From an uncultured Actinomycetota bacterium (GTDB lineage: Bacteria; Actinomycetota; Thermoleophilia; Solirubrobacterales; Solirubrobacteraceae), in assembly GCA_963812635.1 (NCBI GenBank), contig CAWEVV010000007.1, positions 54,950-118,949 on the forward strand: a stretch of DNA of 64,000 bases. Direction: 5' to 3'. Positions 19,399 to 28,884 of this stretch are shown piece after piece (the stretch's first letter is position 1; the number at the start of each line of letters is the position of its first letter). The notes under the pieces were generated by a model. That model was given only the letters and a program-made list of their open reading frames with translations, made no database searches and had not been told where the DNA came from. The position numbers and the translations under genes are program-made.

Positions 19399-20328
19399 TT
19401 GGCCCGCTGCTTCGTCTCCCGTGAGTTGCCCGGACCCGCGCTCGACCGCCTGCGCGAAAGCCATCAGGTCGACCTCTGGCCCGAGCGCCTGCCCCCGCCG
19501 TACGACGAGCTGCGCCGTCGCACCGCGGACGTGGACGGGCTGCTCTCGCTGCTCACCGATCGGGTCGACGCCGCGCTGATCGACGGGTCCCCGCACTTGC
19601 GGGCGATCGCCAACTATGCAGTCGGTTACGACAACATCGACCTGCGGGCGGCGGCAGCGCGGGGAATCCCGGTGGGTCATACGCCCGATGTCCTCACCGA
19701 AACGACCGCCGACCTGACGTTCGCGCTGCTGCTCGCCGCGGCGCGCCAGCTTCCGGAGGCGATGGCGGCGGTGACCGCCGGCGACTGGCTCACTTGGGAT
19801 CCGGCTCACCACCTCGGCCACGAGGTTCACGGCGCCACCCTGGGAATCGTCGGGATGGGCCGGATCGGCCGGGCCGTGGCCCGCCGCGCGGCCGGGTTCG
19901 ATATGCACGTGCTCGTCAGCGAACCCGACGGCGAGACCCCCCTGGAGCAACTGCTCGAGCAATCGGACTTCGTCACGATTCATTGCCCGCTGATGCCCGA
20001 GACCCACCACCTGATCGACGCGCGGGCGCTGGCGCGAATGCGACCCACCGCGTTCCTGATCAACGCCGCGCGCGGGCCGATCGTCGATCAGGCGGCGCTG
20101 ATCGAGGCGCTGCGAGCCGGCGAGATCGCCGGCGCCGCGCTCGACGTCACCGATCCGGAGCCGCCGCCCGCGGAGGACCCGATCCTGACCGCGCCGAATC
20201 TGATCCTCGTGCCCCACATCGGATCGGCCACCCACGCCACCCGCGAGCAGATGGCGGAGATGGCCGTGGACAACCTGATCGCCGGGCTGAACGGCGATCC
20301 GATGCCAAACCCGGTGCCGGCAGATTGA
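19399..20328 (+). CDS. D-glycerate dehydrogenase / glyoxylate reductase
   Basis: AVGYDNID, TPDVLT, GMGRIG, INAARG, ALDVTDPEP, PHIGSAT. Confidence 0.92.
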   Translation: MARCFVSRELPGPALDRLRESHQVDLWPERLPPPYDELRRRTADVDGLLSLLTDRVDAALIDGSPHLRAIANYAVGYDNIDLRAAAARGIPVGHTPDVLTETTADLTFALLLAAARQLPEAMAAVTAGDWLTWDPAHHLGHEVHGATLGIVGMGRIGRAVARRAAGFDMHVLVSEPDGETPLEQLLEQSDFVTIHCPLMPETHHLIDARALARMRPTAFLINAARGPIVDQAALIEALRAGEIAGAALDVTDPEPPPAEDPILTAPNLILVPHIGSATHATREQMAEMAVDNLIAGLNGDPMPNPVPAD

Positions 20329-20364
20329 CGGCATCGCCGGCCGGATAGGCTGGCGGCCGAGTCC

Positions 20365-21294
20365 ATGAACGTCGCCGTGGTCGACATCGGGTCCAACTCG
20401 ACCCGGCTGCTGATCGCGCAACTGCGCGATCACAGCATCCGCGAGCTGGTCCGCCAGAGCCAGGTGACCCGGCTCGGCGCCGGCGTGGACGCCGGCGGCC
20501 GGCTGCGCGACGATGCGATGAAGCGGGTGTTCAGCACGCTTGACCGGTACCGGGCCGAGATCGACGAACACGACTGCTCCAGGATGGTGGCGGTGCTGAC
20601 CAGTGCGGTGCGGGACTCGGCCAACGGCAAGCAGTTCGCGCATGAGGTGCAGACCCGCTACGGCCTGGAGCCCCACGTGCTCTCCGGCGACGACGAGGCG
20701 CAGTTGACCTTCCTGGGCGCCAACAGCGAACGCGATGCGTCGGATCAGGATCCGACCCTGGTGCTGGACATCGGCGGTGGCTCAACCGAGATCGTGATCG
20801 GCGCCGGCGCCGAGGTCATCTTCCACGTCTCGACCCAGGCGGGGGTGGTGCGCCAAACCGAGCGTCACCTGCACCACGATCCTCCGGAGCCGGCCGAGTT
20901 GGTGGCGCTCGCCGCCGATGTGCGCCAGATCCTGTCCGCGAACGTGCCGCAGGCGCGCCGTCGCCAGGTGCAGCACGGGATCGCGGTCGCCGGCACCGCC
21001 ACGTCGCTCGGCGCGATCGCGCAGCGGCTCGAGCCCTACGACCCCGAGCGGGTCCACGGCTATCTGCTCAGCACCGCCGAGTGCGACCGGATCCTCGGTG
21101 AGCTGGCCGCGATGACGCTTGAGCAGCGGCGCGAGGTGCCGGGACTGCACCCGGACCGAGCGCCGACGATCGTGGCCGGCGTGATCATCTTCCGCGAGGT
21201 GCTGACGATGTTCGATCTGTCCCGGATCCAGATCTCGGAGCACGACATCCTGCGCGGTGCCGCCCTCGGACTGGCCGCGCCCGCCACACCCTGA
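20365..21294 (+). CDS. ppx: Ppx/GppA family exopolyphosphatase
   Basis: DIGSNSTRLLI, TSAVRD, DIGGGSTE, SEHDILRG. Confidence 0.92.
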   Translation: MNVAVVDIGSNSTRLLIAQLRDHSIRELVRQSQVTRLGAGVDAGGRLRDDAMKRVFSTLDRYRAEIDEHDCSRMVAVLTSAVRDSANGKQFAHEVQTRYGLEPHVLSGDDEAQLTFLGANSERDASDQDPTLVLDIGGGSTEIVIGAGAEVIFHVSTQAGVVRQTERHLHHDPPEPAELVALAADVRQILSANVPQARRRQVQHGIAVAGTATSLGAIAQRLEPYDPERVHGYLLSTAECDRILGELAAMTLEQRREVPGLHPDRAPTIVAGVIIFREVLTMFDLSRIQISEHDILRGAALGLAAPATP

Positions 21295-21465
21295 CGCGGC
21301 CGGCCGGCCCCCGGGCGTGGGTGAAAACGGGAAATACCTGTCCGGATTTCACCCACCACCGCGATGTACGAGCGCGGCTCCGCGTGAGCAGGTTTGATCA
21401 GCCTTGATGAAGAACTGGACGAATGTTCGATTGTGATCGGGGCGCGGTGAGAGCATCCTGTGCGC

Positions 21466-21642
21466 GGGGTGCGGCCGCCTCACCGCGACCGTTGCCACCA
21501 CATAGGTTCGGGCGCAGCCGCAGACACCGGCGCCTCCCGCCGTCCGGACCAACCTAACTGGCTCGTTCGGGGACGTACCCCTGCCCGTCCCGATCGGGCC
21601 ACACCTGGATCGGAAGCCGCCCGCCTCGTGCGGGCGGCTTTC
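21466..21642 (+). ncRNA. candidate structured small RNA, unassigned
   Basis: Possible promoter TTGTGA-N17-CATCCT, nested complementary segments, own intrinsic terminator, no convincing ORF. Confidence 0.35.
21613..21642 (+). terminator. intrinsic terminator hairpin, possibly bidirectional
   Basis: GAAGCCGCCCGC-CTCGT-GCGGGCGGCTTTC. Confidence 0.75.
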
Positions 21643-21652
21643 GTCTGGGCGA

Positions 21653-23302
21653 TCAGGCGAGGTTGGACCGGCGGGGATAGGCGACGCTCGGGTCGGTGAG
21701 CACGTTGACCAGCGCCGGGCCGCCGGCGGCGAACGCGCGCTCCAGCGCCGGGCGCAGCTGATCGGGCGTGCGCACCAGCTCGCCGTGCCCGCCCAAAGCC
21801 GCCACCACCTCGTCATACCGGGTCTCGGGACGCAGGTCGGCGGCGACCGAGTAGCCGTACAGGGACTCCATCGGATGCTTCTCCAAGGCCCAGATCCCGT
21901 TGTTGCCGACCACCCCGACGACGGCGACGCCGTGCCGCACCAGGGTGTCGAACTCCAAGCCGGCGAAGCCGAACGCACCGTCTCCGAGCAGCAGCACCAC
22001 CTGGCGATCCGGATGGGCGAGCTTGGCCGCCAGCGCAAACCCGGGTCCGGATCCGAGGCACCCGTAGGGGCCGGGGTCAAGCCAGCAGCCGGGGCGGTAG
22101 GAGTCGACCACTCGCCCGGCAAACGAGACGAAATCTCCGCCGTCGCCGATCACGATCGCGTCGCGGTCCAGCATTCCGGCGAGCTCGCCGTAGATCCGCA
22201 TCGGGTGCAGCGGCGCGCGCTCGTCGCCGAGGGCGGCCGCCTCGCCGGCCCGCCGTTCGCGCTCTATCTCCCGCAGCGAGGCGATCCATGCCCCGCGGTC
22301 GGTTCCGGTGTCCGGTCCGGCGCCGGCCCGCAGCCCATCGAACGTCGCCGGCAGCGCCCCGAAGCACTCGGCGCTGACGGCACGCGGCTGCGGCCGCTCG
22401 GGCGCGGCGGTGTCGATCGCGATCACCTGGGCGCCCTCGGCGAACACGGCGCCGAAGCCGAGCCGGAAGTCGAGCGGCACCCCGATGACCAGCGCCACGT
22501 CGGCCTCGCCCAGCCCCGTGCTGCGCGCCCGGGAGAAGAACAGCTCGTGATCGGCGGGCAGGCACCCTCGACCGAGGCCGTTGAGGAACACCGGGATCCG
22601 CAGTCTCTCCGCCAGCCGGCGCAGCGCCGCCTCGCCCCGGCCCCAGTAGAGGCCGCTGCCCGCCATGATCACCGGGCGCTGGGCGCCACGCAGCAGCACC
22701 GCCGCCCGCTCGATCGCGGCGGCATCGGCGCCGGGTCCGTGCCAGGGTTCGGGCAGCGGGGCGGGCGGGGCGCCCGCCCCGGCCTCGCTGAACACCTGAT
22801 CGAGCGGAAAGTCCAGGAACGCCGGGCCAAGGTGGGGCGTCAGCGTGGTCCGCATCGCCGCGTCTAGCAGGGCCGGGATCTCGGCGGTGGTGGTGGCGGT
22901 GGCGGCGAGCTTGGTCAGCGGCGCGACGAACGGGACGTGATCGATCTCCTGCAGCGATCCCTGGCCCCAGCGGAAGGCGGGCGCCCGTCCGCCGAGCACG
23001 AGCATCGGCGAGTGATTCTGGCCGGCCGAGGCGATCGCGCTCATCCCGTTGGTCACTCCCGGGCCGGCGGTCAGCGCGCACACGCCGGTCATGCGGGTCA
23101 CCTTCGCCCAGCCCTCGGCGGCGAACGCCGCCGACTGCTCGTGGCGAACGTCGACGATGTCGATTCCCTCGGCGCGGCAGCCGTCGTAGATGGAGAACAG
23201 ATGGCCGCCGGAGAGGGTGAACAGCTTGGTCACCCCATATGCCTTGAGGCCGCGGGCGACGAGCCGGCCTCCGTGCAGCGTCGTCTCGGTGTCGGTGGCC
23301 AT
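21653..23302 (-). CDS. ThDP-dependent acetolactate synthase-like / 2-hydroxyacyl-CoA lyase family enzyme
   Basis: [31 protein letters not shown]...NN ThDP motif. Confidence 0.92.
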   Translation of the reverse strand: MATDTETTLHGGRLVARGLKAYGVTKLFTLSGGHLFSIYDGCRAEGIDIVDVRHEQSAAFAAEGWAKVTRMTGVCALTAGPGVTNGMSAIASAGQNHSPMLVLGGRAPAFRWGQGSLQEIDHVPFVAPLTKLAATATTTAEIPALLDAAMRTTLTPHLGPAFLDFPLDQVFSEAGAGAPPAPLPEPWHGPGADAAAIERAAVLLRGAQRPVIMAGSGLYWGRGEAALRRLAERLRIPVFLNGLGRGCLPADHELFFSRARSTGLGEADVALVIGVPLDFRLGFGAVFAEGAQVIAIDTAAPERPQPRAVSAECFGALPATFDGLRAGAGPDTGTDRGAWIASLREIERERRAGEAAALGDERAPLHPMRIYGELAGMLDRDAIVIGDGGDFVSFAGRVVDSYRPGCWLDPGPYGCLGSGPGFALAAKLAHPDRQVVLLLGDGAFGFAGLEFDTLVRHGVAVVGVVGNNGIWALEKHPMESLYGYSVAADLRPETRYDEVVAALGGHGELVRTPDQLRPALERAFAAGGPALVNVLTDPSVAYPRRSNLA

Positions 23303-23338
23303 GGCCGGCACGCTAACACCGCCCGGGGCCGGCTCGGC

Positions 23339-24166
23339 TCAGGCCGGCGGTCGCTCCAGGCGCAGCGCGTTGACGATCCCGCCCCCGAGGATGATGATCG
23401 CGAGCACGTAGAACCAGCCGAGCAGGATCAGGATGAACACGATCGTCGTGCCGAACTCGGCGATCGTCGAGATGTTGGTGAGATAGACGGGAAACGCGTA
23501 GTCGATCGCCCCGATCGCGATCGTCGCGCCCAGCGCTCCCGGCCAGACGGCACGCCATGGCACCCGCCGGTGCGGGACGCGGGAGTAGATCACGGTCAGG
23601 CATCCGAACAGGATCCCCAGACTGAGCGCCAGCGAGCCCGCGTACACCACGACGGCCACGTGCGCCAGATCGAACGGAAGCTGAGCCACCCCCGCGCGCA
23701 GGATGCTCTGGGCCGTGGGCACCGCCACTGTCGCCACCATGAACAGCAGCACGACGAGCAGCATCGACAGCGCGAAGCGCTTCTGCTTGAGCCAGCTGCG
23801 CGCCGGGCACCCGTAGATCCGGCTGAAGGCGGTGTCCAGCGCTCCCCAGAACGAAGAGCCCAGCCACAGGCTCGCCACCAGCGCGAGTACGCCGGTGCCG
23901 GTGGTGGAGGTGCGGATCTCGTCGAGCAGCGAATCCAGCGTGTGCTCGGCGGTGCCGGGGAACACCTCCTGCAGATCGCTGAGCACGCTGGTCTGCACCG
24001 CGTGGCTGGAGAGGATCTGGCCGGCCACGAACAGCCCGAGCAGGGCGATCGGGATCACCCCGAGCACCATGTTGTAGGCCAGCATCGAGGCGAGGCCGGT
24101 CAAGTTGGATTCCCAGGCGACACGCCAGAATCGGCGGACGCCGAGGGCGATCGACGGCCGGGTCAC
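23339..24166 (-). CDS. YihY/BrkB family membrane protein
   Basis: LASMLAYN, ALDTAFSRIY, WPGALGA, WFYVLAIIILGG. Confidence 0.85.
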   Translation of the reverse strand: MTRPSIALGVRRFWRVAWESNLTGLASMLAYNMVLGVIPIALLGLFVAGQILSSHAVQTSVLSDLQEVFPGTAEHTLDSLLDEIRTSTTGTGVLALVASLWLGSSFWGALDTAFSRIYGCPARSWLKQKRFALSMLLVVLLFMVATVAVPTAQSILRAGVAQLPFDLAHVAVVVYAGSLALSLGILFGCLTVIYSRVPHRRVPWRAVWPGALGATIAIGAIDYAFPVYLTNISTIAEFGTTIVFILILLGWFYVLAIIILGGGIVNALRLERPPA

Positions 24167-24273
24167 TCCGTCATCACCGGCACAGTCTGTCAGCGCGGCT
24201 GGCGGCTTGGCCGCGGTGACCCGATGGAGCCGTCCGGCGCCGGCGGAGCTGGCCGCCCGGCGCCAGCAGCGGG

Positions 24274-24924
24274 CTAGCTTGCCGGCACCAGCGGCCAACG
24301 CCGGGGCTGAGGCGGCGGCTGATCCAGCGCCGCTACCCGCGTCAGCCCCGCTGCGCCCTGACACCACAACGCGCCGAATGCGATCGCCGGCAGCTCGGTC
24401 ACCCCGTGAAATCGCAGGCCGCGGAGGGTCTCGTCGAGCTGGGCGTCGCGCCCCGCCTGCCCGGCCGCGGCGAGGCACTCCTGCCACGGCACGCCGCCGG
24501 CGGCGGCCGCCTCGGCCAGGGTCTCCGGGTCCTCGGGGTCAAAGCCGCCGCAGAACGCGAGCCGGCTGGCGGCGAGCGCGAACGCCGCCCCGGCACCGAC
24601 CTCGCAGGCAAACGTGCACGCCCGAGCCGCGCAGCGTGCACCGGCGGGAAAGCGGGCGGGCCACACCAGTGGGAGTCGCAGCGCCCGCGCGTAGGCGGCG
24701 GCCTGGCGCCGAAAGCTCTGGCCGTCTCCCGCGTGCGGAGAGCGAGCGCGGAGGACGGCGCCGTCCACTGGCACCCAGTCGACGACGCCCAACCTGCGCT
24801 CCACGCACTCGGCGGTCAGGTAAGACAGCGGGCAGGCGACGTCGAAGAAGAACACCGGCGGCGACGGCGCCGGCGGGCGCGCACGGCCCCGTCCGCGCCC
24901 GCTGAGGTAGATCAGCTGCCCCAT
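24274..24924 (-). CDS. DsbA / 2-hydroxychromene-2-carboxylate isomerase-like thioredoxin-fold protein
   Basis: FFFDVACPLSYL, GVTELP cis-Pro loop. Confidence 0.72.
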   Translation of the reverse strand: MGQLIYLSGRGRGRARPPAPSPPVFFFDVACPLSYLTAECVERRLGVVDWVPVDGAVLRARSPHAGDGQSFRRQAAAYARALRLPLVWPARFPAGARCAARACTFACEVGAGAAFALAASRLAFCGGFDPEDPETLAEAAAAGGVPWQECLAAAGQAGRDAQLDETLRGLRFHGVTELPAIAFGALWCQGAAGLTRVAALDQPPPQPRRWPLVPAS

Positions 24925-25042
24925 CTTCCGCGGGTAAACGTTCCGCCGCCGCCGAACTGGCGCAAAACCCGATGAGGATCGAGGATCTTCCGTTATCCTG
25001 ATTCTCGGTAGGTGGGAAGCACAACGACCCGGGGAGCTTTCG

Positions 25043-25750
25043 ATCTCACACGTCCCGCCCGCAAAGCGCCACCCGTACGACCAATGGTCTCCTGACGCCC
25101 GCGCTCTGGACCTCGTCGGAGACAAGTGGACCCTGCTGATCGTGCGGGACCTGTTGTCGGGACCGCGTCGGTTCGTCGAGCTCCAGCGGGTCCTCCCCGG
25201 TATCTCCACCGAGCAACTGCGATCGCGGCTGAACCGCATGGTCGCCGACGGAATGCTCACCCGCAAACGCTACCGCGAGGTTCCCCCCCGGGTGGACTAT
25301 GAGCTCACCGAGCGCTCCCGTGAGCTGGCGCCGGTGCTCGGCGAGCTGGCCCGCTGGGGCTACGAGTGGGCCTGGGGGCCGCCGCGCAGCGCCGAGCGGG
25401 TCGATCTGGGGGCGATCTTCAGGTTGATCCCGGGGCTCGTCAACGGCAACAGCAACGCGTCGGGAACGGTGCAGTTGAGCGTGGCCGATGGCGAGACGGG
25501 GTCGGAGGCGTGCTACCGCGTGACGATGGATCCCGCCGGCGCGGAGATCGTCGAGGGCGGCGACCGCCCGACCGACGCCCAGCTGCGCGGCACGACCGCC
25601 GCCTGGATCCAGGCGCTCGCGCCGACCGCCGAGCGTGATGGTCTGACCAGCACCGGCGACCAGGGGCTGGCGTCGGCGCTGCTCGATCTGCTGGCGCTCG
25701 GCCGGGGGCGCGACGGGCTCGGGCTGGACATGGAGTCGGCCACCGGCTGA
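25043..25750 (+). CDS. HxlR-family winged-helix regulator with SCP2-like C-terminal domain; probable ATC start
   Basis: YDQWSPDARALDLVGDKWTLLIVRDL..RRF..PPRVDYELT; no ATG/GTG/TTG between in-frame TAA (24935) and 25142; GGGGAG 6 nt before ATC at 25043. Confidence 0.8.
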   Translation: MSHVPPAKRHPYDQWSPDARALDLVGDKWTLLIVRDLLSGPRRFVELQRVLPGISTEQLRSRLNRMVADGMLTRKRYREVPPRVDYELTERSRELAPVLGELARWGYEWAWGPPRSAERVDLGAIFRLIPGLVNGNSNASGTVQLSVADGETGSEACYRVTMDPAGAEIVEGGDRPTDAQLRGTTAAWIQALAPTAERDGLTSTGDQGLASALLDLLALGRGRDGLGLDMESATG

Positions 25751-25812
25751 CCCGGCCCCCGCGGTCGGCCGCCTGGCGACGAGCGCCGCGAGCCGCTACC
25801 TTGGCCGTGCCG

Positions 25813-25896
25813 GCCCGGGTGGTGGAATTGGTCAGACACGGTCGCCTTAAGAGCGACTGCCCTTGCGGCATGAGGGTTCGAGTCCCTCCCCGGGTA
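25813..25896 (+). tRNA. tRNA-Leu (anticodon TAA)
   Basis: GCCCGGG acceptor, GTCGC-CTTAAGA-GCGAC anticodon arm, long variable arm, GGTTCGAGTCC T-arm; CCA not encoded. Confidence 0.97.
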
Positions 25897-26060
25897 CTTC
25901 TCGGAGCAGCGCATACCGGCTCGTCGGGTGCCGGCCGATCCCCCCGGAACGCAGCGCTGGTCACGTTGACGACGCCGACAGTCGCCCGGCACCCGCGCCG
26001 GGAACGCAACTTATCCACTGCTACCGTGTCAACAGCCTCAAGGAGTCCGCGTCCGCTCGC

Positions 26061-27860
26061 ATGGAAGTCTCAGCGCTCAAATACTCGGGAGGAATCGGCC
26101 TGCATGGGCGCACGCCGCTGCTCCGGCTGCAATCCGACGAGCGCCTGATCACGCTCCTGCGCCGGGGCAACATGTCGGCCTTCGAGGTGCTCGTCGCCCG
26201 CTACGAATCGCGACTGATGGCGTTCTGCCGTCACCTGCTGGGCTCGCGCGAGGATGCCGAGGATGTGCTCCAGGAGGTCATGACCGCGGCCTTCAACGCG
26301 ATCCTCGCCGACGACCGGCCGATCAACGTGCGCCCGTGGCTGTACCGGATCGCTCGCAACCGCAGCCTCAACCATCTGCGCCGGATACAGGCGGTCGGGG
26401 TCGATTCGATGGACCACCATTTCTCCGAGCACGGCGCCAGCACCGCCGACAAGGTGCACGAGCGCGAGGAGTTCCGCCTCCTGGTCGGCGACATCCACGA
26501 GCTGCCCGAGACCCAGAAGACCGCGCTCGTCCTGCGTGAGATGGACGCGCTGCCATACGAGCAGATCGCCGAGGCGATGGAGACGACCGTGCCCAGCGTG
26601 AAGTCGCTGCTCGTCCGCGCCCGGGTGTCTCTGGCCGAGGCCGCCGAGGCCCGGCTGCTCTCCTGCAACGAGGTCCGGATCGAGCTGGCCGAGGTCGCCG
26701 AGGGTCTGCAGCGCCGGCCGAACCCCTTGGTTCGCCGCCACCTGCGCGAATGCAAGCGCTGCTCGGAGTTCCGGTCACAGCTCAAGCAGACCAACCGGGC
26801 CCTCGCCGCGCTGCTGCCGCTCGGGCCGTTGGCGGTGTTCCACAAGCTCGTGTTCCTGCACCTCGGCCATTCCGCGGGCGCGGGCTCGGGCGCCACCGCC
26901 GCCGGCTCGGGCGCGGCGGCCGCCGGCTCCGGCGCGGCCGCCGCCGGGTCGGGCGCAGCCGCCGCCGGCTCGGGCGCGGCGGCCGCGGGAGGCGCTGCGG
27001 GAACCGCCGCGCTGGCCGGCTCCGGCGCGGTCGCCGGATCCTCCGGGTTCATCTCCGCCGGGATCGGCGCCGTCGCCGGCAAGGCGGCGGCCACGCTGGC
27101 CGCGGCGGCACTGGTCACCGCGGGGGCGGTCGAGGCCAACGATCATCACGCCCACCACCACGCCGGTGGCGCCGCGGTCGCCCAGGCTCCCGCCGTCGCC
27201 ACCGAGTCACCGTCGCCGTCGATCGCGCCGGCGGCCCCGTCGTATGCGGAGCCCCGTTCATCGGTCGCCGACGCGTCGGCCGTCAGGAAGACGATGACGA
27301 CGGACGTCGTGGCCGCCCATCCGTCGACGCGGACCACCGCCGACAAGACCGCCACCACCTCCACCGCCGCCGACAAGACCGCCACCACGTCCACCGCCGC
27401 AGACAAGACCGCCACCACGTCGACCACGCCGACGACCACGTCCACCACGCCGACCACCAGCGCCACGACGCCGGCCAGGACGCGAACGACCGGCACCACT
27501 CCGAGCACCTCCGGCCAGACGCCCGAGAAGCAGTCCATACCGGGCCGTACGCAGACGCAATCGGACCCGACCGTGCTCCCCTCGGCCACCACCGCCACGA
27601 TCACGCCGCTGAGCTCCTACGCGCCCCAGCCGGTCAGCACGTATCCCGCGAACACCGTCGCGCCCGCGCCACCGGCGACCACCACCCCGGCGACGACCAC
27701 GACCGCGCCGGCCACCACCACCCCGGCGCCACCCACCACCGCCCCGGCGCCGGCCACCACCACCCCCGCGCCGCCCACCACCCCTACGAGCCCCACCCCG
27801 ACGACGCCCGCCCAGGAGCCGCCGGCCACGACCACGACGCCCGGCACCACCGGGCCGTGA
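26061..27860 (+). CDS. ECF sigma factor fused to ZAS zinc finger, TM segment and Thr/Pro-rich tail
   Basis: DAEDVLQE, WLYRIARN, region 4 SVKSLLVRAR, HLRECKRC, GSGAAAA repeats, TTP-rich C-terminus. Confidence 0.88.
   Translation: MEVSALKYSGGIGLHGRTPLLRLQSDERLITLLRRGNMSAFEVLVARYESRLMAFCRHLLGSREDAEDVLQEVMTAAFNAILADDRPINVRPWLYRIARNRSLNHLRRIQAVGVDSMDHHFSEHGASTADKVHEREEFRLLVGDIHELPETQKTALVLREMDALPYEQIAEAMETTVPSVKSLLVRARVSLAEAAEARLLSCNEVRIELAEVAEGLQRRPNPLVRRHLRECKRCSEFRSQLKQTNRALAALLPLGPLAVFHKLVFLHLGHSAGAGSGATAAGSGAAAAGSGAAAAGSGAAAAGSGAAAAGGAAGTAALAGSGAVAGSSGFISAGIGAVAGKAAATLAAAALVTAGAVEANDHHAHHHAGGAAVAQAPAVATESPSPSIAPAAPSYAEPRSSVADASAVRKTMTTDVVAAHPSTRTTADKTATTSTAADKTATTSTAADKTATTSTTPTTTSTTPTTSATTPARTRTTGTTPSTSGQTPEKQSIPGRTQTQSDPTVLPSATTATITPLSSYAPQPVSTYPANTVAPAPPATTTPATTTTAPATTTPAPPTTAPAPATTTPAPPTTPTSPTPTTPAQEPPATTTTPGTTGP
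26883..26987 (+). repeat. in-frame 21-bp repeat x5 (GSGAAAA)
   Basis: GGCTCGGGCGCGGCGGCCGCC-like units. Confidence 0.85.
27334..27421 (+). repeat. in-frame 30-bp repeat x3 (ADKTATTSTA)
   Basis: GACAAGACCGCCACCAC recurring every 30 bp. Confidence 0.85.
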
Positions 27861-27889
27861 TCCCGGGGGCGGCGCCCCGGGCTTGAGCT

Positions 27890-28219
27890 GTGATCGAGTT
27901 CGAGCAGTTCGCTGCCGTCGACATACGCGTCGGCCGCGTCATCGCCGTGGATGAGTTCCCCGAGGCGCGCAAGCCGGCCTGGAAGCTGACGATCGAGTTC
28001 GGAGCGGAGATCGGGATCAAGCGCTCATCGGCCCAGATCACCCACTACCCCCGCGACGAGTTGGAGGGCACCCTGATCGTGGCGGTGGTCAACTTCCCGC
28101 CGCGCCAGATCGGCCGGTTCTTCTCCGAGGTGCTCGTGCTCGGCGCGCTCGACGAGGAGCGCGGGGTGATCCTGGTCCGGCCCGACCAGGACGCCGTTCC
28201 CGGGTCACGAATCGGGTAG
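27890..28219 (+). CDS. csaA: CsaA / tRNA-binding OB-fold chaperone
   Basis: DIRVGRV..FPEARKPAWKL.I.FG, SSAQIT, VNFPPRQIG.F.SEVL. Confidence 0.92.
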   Translation: MIEFEQFAAVDIRVGRVIAVDEFPEARKPAWKLTIEFGAEIGIKRSSAQITHYPRDELEGTLIVAVVNFPPRQIGRFFSEVLVLGALDEERGVILVRPDQDAVPGSRIG

Positions 28220-28222
28220 CGC

Positions 28223-28831
28223 CTACGGCCCGCCCTGGGCGCCGACGACGAGCTGGCCCTCGGGACGGCCATCCACGAGGATCCGATAGTTCCCGGGGGG
28301 CACGTCGTTCTGGAGGATGGACGCCTTCCCGCCCGGCGCGAGATGCACCGTTTGTCGACGCGGGAAGGTCACCACGACCACGTGCGAGGCGTGATCGCGG
28401 TTGCTCAGCTGCAGGTGAACGGTCGCGGCGGAGGGAAACGCCTGCCCGGCGGGCGTCAGCCGGCCGCCGCGTGCAATCACGAGCGCGGTCGATATCTCTT
28501 GACCACCGCCGGAGGGATGTACCGCATGCGGCGTCTTGTGCGCGCGGCTGCCTGGGACCTCCGGCGGGCGACTCGCGGCCGTGGTCGCCGTGGTCGCCGC
28601 GTGGGTGCCGGTCCGGGCGGCGGCCGCGTGGGTGGCGGCCGCGTGAGTGGCGGTGCGGGTGGTGGACGTCGGCGCGGTGGCGGCTGTTGATGCGGTGCCC
28701 GAAGCCGTCCCCGATGATCCGCCCGCGACGCTCGTCGCGGTCGTGCTGGACACCGATGGGCGAGACGATCCGCCGCACGCCACGAGCACGAGGAACGTCA
28801 GCACCGCCACCAGCGATCGGCCAGCGACCAT
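28223..28831 (-). CDS. hypothetical lipoprotein with Thr/Ala linker and cupredoxin-like C-terminal domain
   Basis: LVAC lipobox, low-complexity linker, LSNRD...PPGNYRI. Confidence 0.6.
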   Translation of the reverse strand: MVAGRSLVAVLTFLVLVACGGSSRPSVSSTTATSVAGGSSGTASGTASTAATAPTSTTRTATHAAATHAAAARTGTHAATTATTAASRPPEVPGSRAHKTPHAVHPSGGGQEISTALVIARGGRLTPAGQAFPSAATVHLQLSNRDHASHVVVVTFPRRQTVHLAPGGKASILQNDVPPGNYRILVDGRPEGQLVVGAQGGP

Positions 28832-28884
28832 CGCGGCAGGATAGGCGGACTCGCCCCCGCCCCACCACGCCATCATGGTGGCCG

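Noticed and set aside
21416-21510. LexA boxes (TGGAC-GAAT-GTTCG and ACCAC-ATAG-GTTCG)
   Set aside because: Only half-sites match, with 2-3 mismatches in the other half and no clear target gene
25813-25896. tRNA-Leu as integration site of an island
   Set aside because: No duplicated tRNA 3' end or integrase noticed in the window
25863-26060. N-terminal extension of the ECF sigma ORF
   Set aside because: It overlaps tRNA-Leu; ATG at 26061 fits the domain start
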